From Candidatus Versatilivorator sp. (lineage in GTDB: Bacteria; Acidobacteriota; Terriglobia; Versatilivoradales; Versatilivoraceae), in assembly GCA_965207735.1 (NCBI GenBank), contig OZ242296.1, forward strand, positions 3,552,001 through 3,616,000: DNA of 64,000 nucleotides. Direction: 5' to 3'. The notes beneath the pieces were generated by a model. The model had not been told where the DNA came from. It worked only from the letters and a program-made list of their open reading frames with translations, and did not search any database. Both the position numbers and the translations under genes were made by a program. Each line of letters starts with the position of its first letter. The first letter of the stretch is position 1. This document shows, piece by piece, positions 59,834 through 64,000 of this stretch.

Positions 59834-61816
59834 TTACTCATTGCGGAAGATTACTTTCACCCGAGAGAGGTCCAACGAAGAAGTATCGTAGTCGTAGCGA
59901 ACCAGGTGATCGACAATCCGCTGCAGGTCCTCTGCCGGTGAGAAATCATCCGGACAGGGTCTTGTGTGACCGTTGACCTTCGACGCTATAGCCACGTTCT
60001 TGCGCAACTGAAACTCGAAAACCGTGTCGCATCGAATTACCGACAAACGGCCGAGTGAAAAGAACGGTGGAACATTGTGGGAAGGGGTTATCTGCCTGCG
60101 GGCTACCACCCCGCGCCCATGAATCCGATCGGCTGTGAAAATGGTGCGCCCGGGATTCGGATCCCCCGCGATCAAAGATTGCCCCCTCATCCATCCCGGA
60201 CGATCCATTCCCAGGTAGTCAAGCAAGGTAGGAGCAATATCCAGGTTTTGAGTGTTGGAAGACACTCGGCGTAGGCGGTCATCAGTTGGAAATAGAAACA
60301 TCAAAGGAACCCGTTTCCTGTTGCTGTGCTTGACTCCGTGATCGGACGTGATAACCACGATTGTGTCCTTTAGCAGGTCTCGGTGGGCCAATCCCAGGAG
60401 GATCTTGTTCACGTTGAAATCAAATTGCAATATGGCATCGTCGTAGAAGTCCGTCATCCACGGCTCGTCCTGTGTCTTGCCCTCGGAGAAAACGCGTCGG
60501 TCAGGATTGAATTTCGACCCATGGGTCCCCAGCATGTGGAGGTAGACGAAGAAGGGCTCCTCTCCCTCGGCCAACCACCGCCAGAGTTGGACGATTCGCT
60601 CGGTATCGCCTCGCGACTGGTAGGGGCCTCGAACAAGCTGCTCGAATGCGTCACTCATCCTCTCTACATCGAAGACGTGCAGGAGCCGACTCTCGATCCG
60701 GTCGCGAATCTGGGTCAGGAAGTAGGCGGCCCCCTGTCCAATCGCACCAGTGAGCCACTCCGGCATCAGGAAACCCTTCAGTTCCCTATCATTGGCCCAG
60801 TCAAAGGAATGACGCATATTGAGGTCGTAGGCATCGGCATAGTAACGGAGGCCAATGTTGGCGTTGCGGTATCCGAGCGTTTTCAGGATTGACGGCAGGT
60901 GCTGGTAAGCATCCTTTCCCGTCAGGATATCGGGCGGATATATGAGGCGCGTTTCGGTGGGAAGCTTCCCCGTCAGAATGGAAGCAACGGAAGCGGCCGA
61001 AGGTCCGGCATTGGGGAAGTTATTCTCGCAAAGCAGCGATCTTTCGGCCAGTTTCCTCAGGTAAGGGGTCGTGTCCCTGTCGTAACCGTACAGTGACATA
61101 TGCTCGGCCTCGACACCGTCTCCAACGATCAGGAGCATGTTGGGCAGCGCTCGGTTCTTCAGGTGTGTGCCGACCGGTGTGGACGCTGATATCTTGCGAG
61201 TCCCCACGTAGGCGGTCCCGACCAGCGTGATCGAAACCAATGCGGCGCATGCAGTACCGAGTGAACGACCGAGCCTGTGGCGTGAGATGGCCTGTATCGC
61301 CTGCCAGGTCGGCAAGTAGACCGCCACAGCAATCAACAGCAGAAGCGCCTGATACACCAGCAACCCCTCGGCATCCACGTGCCTGATGCCCCAGCCCAGC
61401 ACCGTCAAGGTGAAGTTGTCGACCATCAGAAAGGCGGCCAGAGCCAGCACCCCTGACGGAAGCACGAGACACACGGCAACCCAAAGAGAGTGGAAAAGGA
61501 GGGGAACCTGGAAGCGAGCCAGCGCGAAGCCGCAGCGAATCAAGGCCCCGACCAGCCAGTACAGCACCAGGGGTGCGACCATCGCCACCAGCACTGGACC
61601 GGAGGAAACCGCGAGAATGAGCAGAGACTCCGACAAAGGCAACGAGGACATGAATGACGGCTTGGTAGCAAAGAATAGCCACTCCATGAACACGTAGAAA
61701 TACACGGCCAAGCATGTAAGTCCGACGATTCGTCCCCAAGTTTCAGGATCCGGGAGCCGGACGGCCTTTGAAGCAACCTCGACCTGTTTGCGCCATTCCC
61801 ATTTCATCATTGGCAA
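59834..61816 (-). CDS. membrane-anchored sulfatase-like hydrolase/transferase
   Basis: N-terminal TMs, PNMLLIVGDG, YGYDRDTTP, H.LGTH, YDDAI, TSDHG, DIAPTLLD. Confidence 0.85.
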   Translation of the reverse strand: MPMMKWEWRKQVEVASKAVRLPDPETWGRIVGLTCLAVYFYVFMEWLFFATKPSFMSSLPLSESLLILAVSSGPVLVAMVAPLVLYWLVGALIRCGFALARFQVPLLFHSLWVAVCLVLPSGVLALAAFLMVDNFTLTVLGWGIRHVDAEGLLVYQALLLLIAVAVYLPTWQAIQAISRHRLGRSLGTACAALVSITLVGTAYVGTRKISASTPVGTHLKNRALPNMLLIVGDGVEAEHMSLYGYDRDTTPYLRKLAERSLLCENNFPNAGPSAASVASILTGKLPTETRLIYPPDILTGKDAYQHLPSILKTLGYRNANIGLRYYADAYDLNMRHSFDWANDRELKGFLMPEWLTGAIGQGAAYFLTQIRDRIESRLLHVFDVERMSDAFEQLVRGPYQSRGDTERIVQLWRWLAEGEEPFFVYLHMLGTHGSKFNPDRRVFSEGKTQDEPWMTDFYDDAILQFDFNVNKILLGLAHRDLLKDTIVVITSDHGVKHSNRKRVPLMFLFPTDDRLRRVSSNTQNLDIAPTLLDYLGMDRPGWMRGQSLIAGDPNPGRTIFTADRIHGRGVVARRQITPSHNVPPFFSLGRLSVIRCDTVFEFQLRKNVAIASKVNGHTRPCPDDFSPAEDLQRIVDHLVRYDYDTSSLDLSRVKVIFRNE

Positions 61817-62115
61817 ACCATCCCCTCGCTGGCGGCCGGATCAGTCGAGATTCCGAGTAATCTCATTGATAAAGGTTCCGAGTTCAACTTCGAAGTGCAA
61901 TACCCTGGCAGGCTGGAGATGCTTTCCGCAAAAGGGAATCAGTGTAGTCTCAGGAGGCTGGATTTTCAAGGGCGGCAGTTTGGCGGTAGCCGACCTCGTG
62001 GCCGCTCGACTCCAAGCGTGGCGTCATCCTTTCCAAGGGTCCCCGGGAACAGTACTCCGGCCATGTGCTATAGTCAGGCCATCGGTTATCCACGGGCAAA
62101 ACTCCGCTCATCCAC

Positions 62116-62454
62116 ATGCCCACCCTCAAGATCCTGCCGGAAGCGCGAATCAGTCAGGTGGCCAGCGGCACCGGTCTGCTTCAGGCCAGCCTGACGGCCG
62201 GAATCGAGCTGCCTCAGGCCTGCGGAGGACGGGCCTCCTGCACCACCTGCCGGGTGCTGGTCAAAGAGGGTGAGAAGGGACTTTCCGCTCCCCGGCTGGC
62301 GGAACGGGAGATGCTGGTCGAGTCCGGTCTGCTGGGCCGCTACCGGCTGGCCTGCCAGGCCAGGGTCTTGGGAGACGTGGTGGTGGAGCGACCCCAATGG
62401 CCTTGGCTGGATGGTATCCGTCCCACGGCCGGCGAGGGAATCCAAAGTGAATGA
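62116..62454 (+). CDS. 2Fe-2S ferredoxin
   Basis: CGGRASCTTC...RLACQ. Confidence 0.9.
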   Translation: MPTLKILPEARISQVASGTGLLQASLTAGIELPQACGGRASCTTCRVLVKEGEKGLSAPRLAEREMLVESGLLGRYRLACQARVLGDVVVERPQWPWLDGIRPTAGEGIQSE

Positions 62455-64000
62455 ACCCCGCGAGCAGTTGGAGGTCGACGTTCTCTTCGTGGGGGCCGGT
62501 CCCGCCTGTCTGAGTGGAGCCCTCCACCTCGCCAATCTGATCCAGAACCACAACCGGAAGTCCCCTCCCGGCGAGCGGCTGGACTCGGTCAGCATCGCCC
62601 TCATCGAGAAGGGCCGGGAAGTGGGAGCCCACACTCTTTCGGGAGCCATACTGGACCCCATTGCCCTGGTCGAGCTGATCCCCGACTATCGGGAAAGAAA
62701 TGCGCCGCTGGGTCCGGAGGTCAGCGGGGATTCCATCTACTACCTCACTGCAGGGAACCGATTCAGGTTTCCCTGGGTGCCTCCCCCGCTCAACAACCAC
62801 GGCAATTCCCTGATTTCGCTCAGTCGGTTCGTCAAATGGCTGGGGGAGCTGGTGGAAGCCCGAGGTGTGGATCTCTTCGCCGGTTTCGCCGGGACGGAGC
62901 TGCTGTTCGAGGGCGAGCGCTTGATTGGAGTCCGCACCGGAGACAAGGGCATCGACCGGGAAAACCACCCCAAGCCTTCCTGTGAGCCCGGCGTCGATAT
63001 CCTGGCCAAGGTGGTGGTCCTGGGGGAAGGGGTCCACGGCTCGCTGGCCAGGCAAGCGGTGAAACGCCTCGGGCTGGACCGGGGCAAGGCCCCTCAGGTC
63101 TATGCCATCGGGGTGAAAGAGGTCTGGGAGCTCCCCGAAGAGTCTCCGGACAAGGGGCAGGTGATCCACACCCTGGGCTACCCGCTCCGGCGGGAGGAAT
63201 TCGGAGGAGGCTTCCTCTACCAAATGGGCCGCACCATCTCGCTGGGGCTGGTGGTGGGATTGGACTACAAGGATCCCTTCCTGGACCCGCACAGGCAGTT
63301 CCAGCGCCTCAAGACCCATCCGCTGATCGCCTCCCGGCTGGCGGTAGCTCGGCTGGCCGCCTACGGCGCCAAGGCCTTGCCGGAGGGTGGCTATCACGCC
63401 ATGCCGAAGAGCTATTTCGATGGCGGGCTGCTCATCGGAGATTCGGCCGGATTGGTGAATTCCATGCGGCTCAAGGGTATCCACCTGGCCATGAAGTCGG
63501 GGATGCTGGCGGCCGAGACCATTCTGGAAGCCCTGCTCAGGGATGACTATTCGGAACGGACACTGAGCCGTTACCCCGTGCTGCTGGGCAACAGTTGGGC
63601 GGGGCGGGAGCTCTACCGGGTGCGCAACTTCCACCAGGGGTTCGAGCGCGGCCTGGGATGGGGGCTCCTCCAGGCAGGGCTGCAGATGGTGACCGGAGGG
63701 CGGGGTTGGAAAGACCCGCTCCCCAGTCGCCCCGGGCACCAGCGAATGCAGCCGTTTACCGCCTACCATGGCGCCGGCGCGGTTCCTCCGAGTCCGCTGC
63801 AGGCCGACGGGAAGACCACCTTCGACAAGCTCACCAACGTCTATTTTTCCGGCACCAGGCACGAGGAGGACCAACCCTCCCACCTGAGAATTGCCGACCC
63901 CCGGATCTGCCAGGAGCGGTGTCCGCAGGAGTTCGGAAGCCCCTGCCAGCGTTTCTGTCCGGCGGGGGTGTATGAGATCGTTCCCCGCGAGGACGGCCGG
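62447..64000 (+). CDS. electron transfer flavoprotein-ubiquinone oxidoreductase (ETF-QO), truncated by the window edge
   Basis: read manually from GTG 62447: MNEPREQLEVDVLFVGAGPA, EKGREVGAHTLSGA, GDSAGLVN..RLKGIHLAMKSG, HEEDQPSHL, CQRFCPAGVYE. Confidence 0.93.
   Translation, partial: MNEPREQLEVDVLFVGAGPACLSGALHLANLIQNHNRKSPPGERLDSVSIALIEKGREVGAHTLSGAILDPIALVELIPDYRERNAPLGPEVSGDSIYYLTAGNRFRFPWVPPPLNNHGNSLISLSRFVKWLGELVEARGVDLFAGFAGTELLFEGERLIGVRTGDKGIDRENHPKPSCEPGVDILAKVVVLGEGVHGSLARQAVKRLGLDRGKAPQVYAIGVKEVWELPEESPDKGQVIHTLGYPLRREEFGGGFLYQMGRTISLGLVVGLDYKDPFLDPHRQFQRLKTHPLIASRLAVARLAAYGAKALPEGGYHAMPKSYFDGGLLIGDSAGLVNSMRLKGIHLAMKSGMLAAETILEALLRDDYSERTLSRYPVLLGNSWAGRELYRVRNFHQGFERGLGWGLLQAGLQMVTGGRGWKDPLPSRPGHQRMQPFTAYHGAGAVPPSPLQADGKTTFDKLTNVYFSGTRHEEDQPSHLRIADPRICQERCPQEFGSPCQRFCPAGVYEIVPREDGR

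Noticed and set aside
61982-61990. ops/JUMPstart-like GGCGGTAGC
   Set aside because: Points away from the surface-modification genes, lacks the rest of the element, and is expected by chance at this GC content

Overview
High-GC bacterial chromosome segment, probably Acidobacteriota (inferred from gene content, not proven). Housekeeping genes include pgeF, acpS, mtaB, lepB, hemG, secA, guaB, the rimP-nusA-infB-DUF503-rbfA-truB-rpsO-pnp cluster, apt, uvrA, a ferredoxin and a truncated ETF-QO. Four accessory features stand out. (1) An 869-nt ORF-less group II intron (5927-6795) has EBS1/EBS2 sequences exactly complementary to the terminal inverted repeat (TIR) of a small MITE-like element. It sits inside one such TIR, and an intron-free 130-bp copy of the element lies at 27144-27273. 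(2) A FadR-associated cobalamin-dependent methyl-transfer operon (MtaA/CmuA-type methyltransferase, corrinoid protein, ASKHA activator, MetF fusion, pterin-binding methyltransferase, Virulence_fact protein and two unknown proteins) is followed by SDR, two 2-hydroxyacid dehydrogenases, GlpX and a BASS transporter; its substrate is unknown. (3) A planctomycete-type PPC/DUF1549-DUF1553/DUF1501 cluster is present. (4) An AT-richer surface-modification locus encodes a YIDPGTGS peptide, a NoeA-like kinase-like/methyltransferase fusion and two LtaS-like membrane enzymes. Several REP-like repeats occur. No rRNA, tRNA, CRISPR array, transposase or reverse transcriptase was seen. Family assignments come from motif recognition by eye, not database searches.
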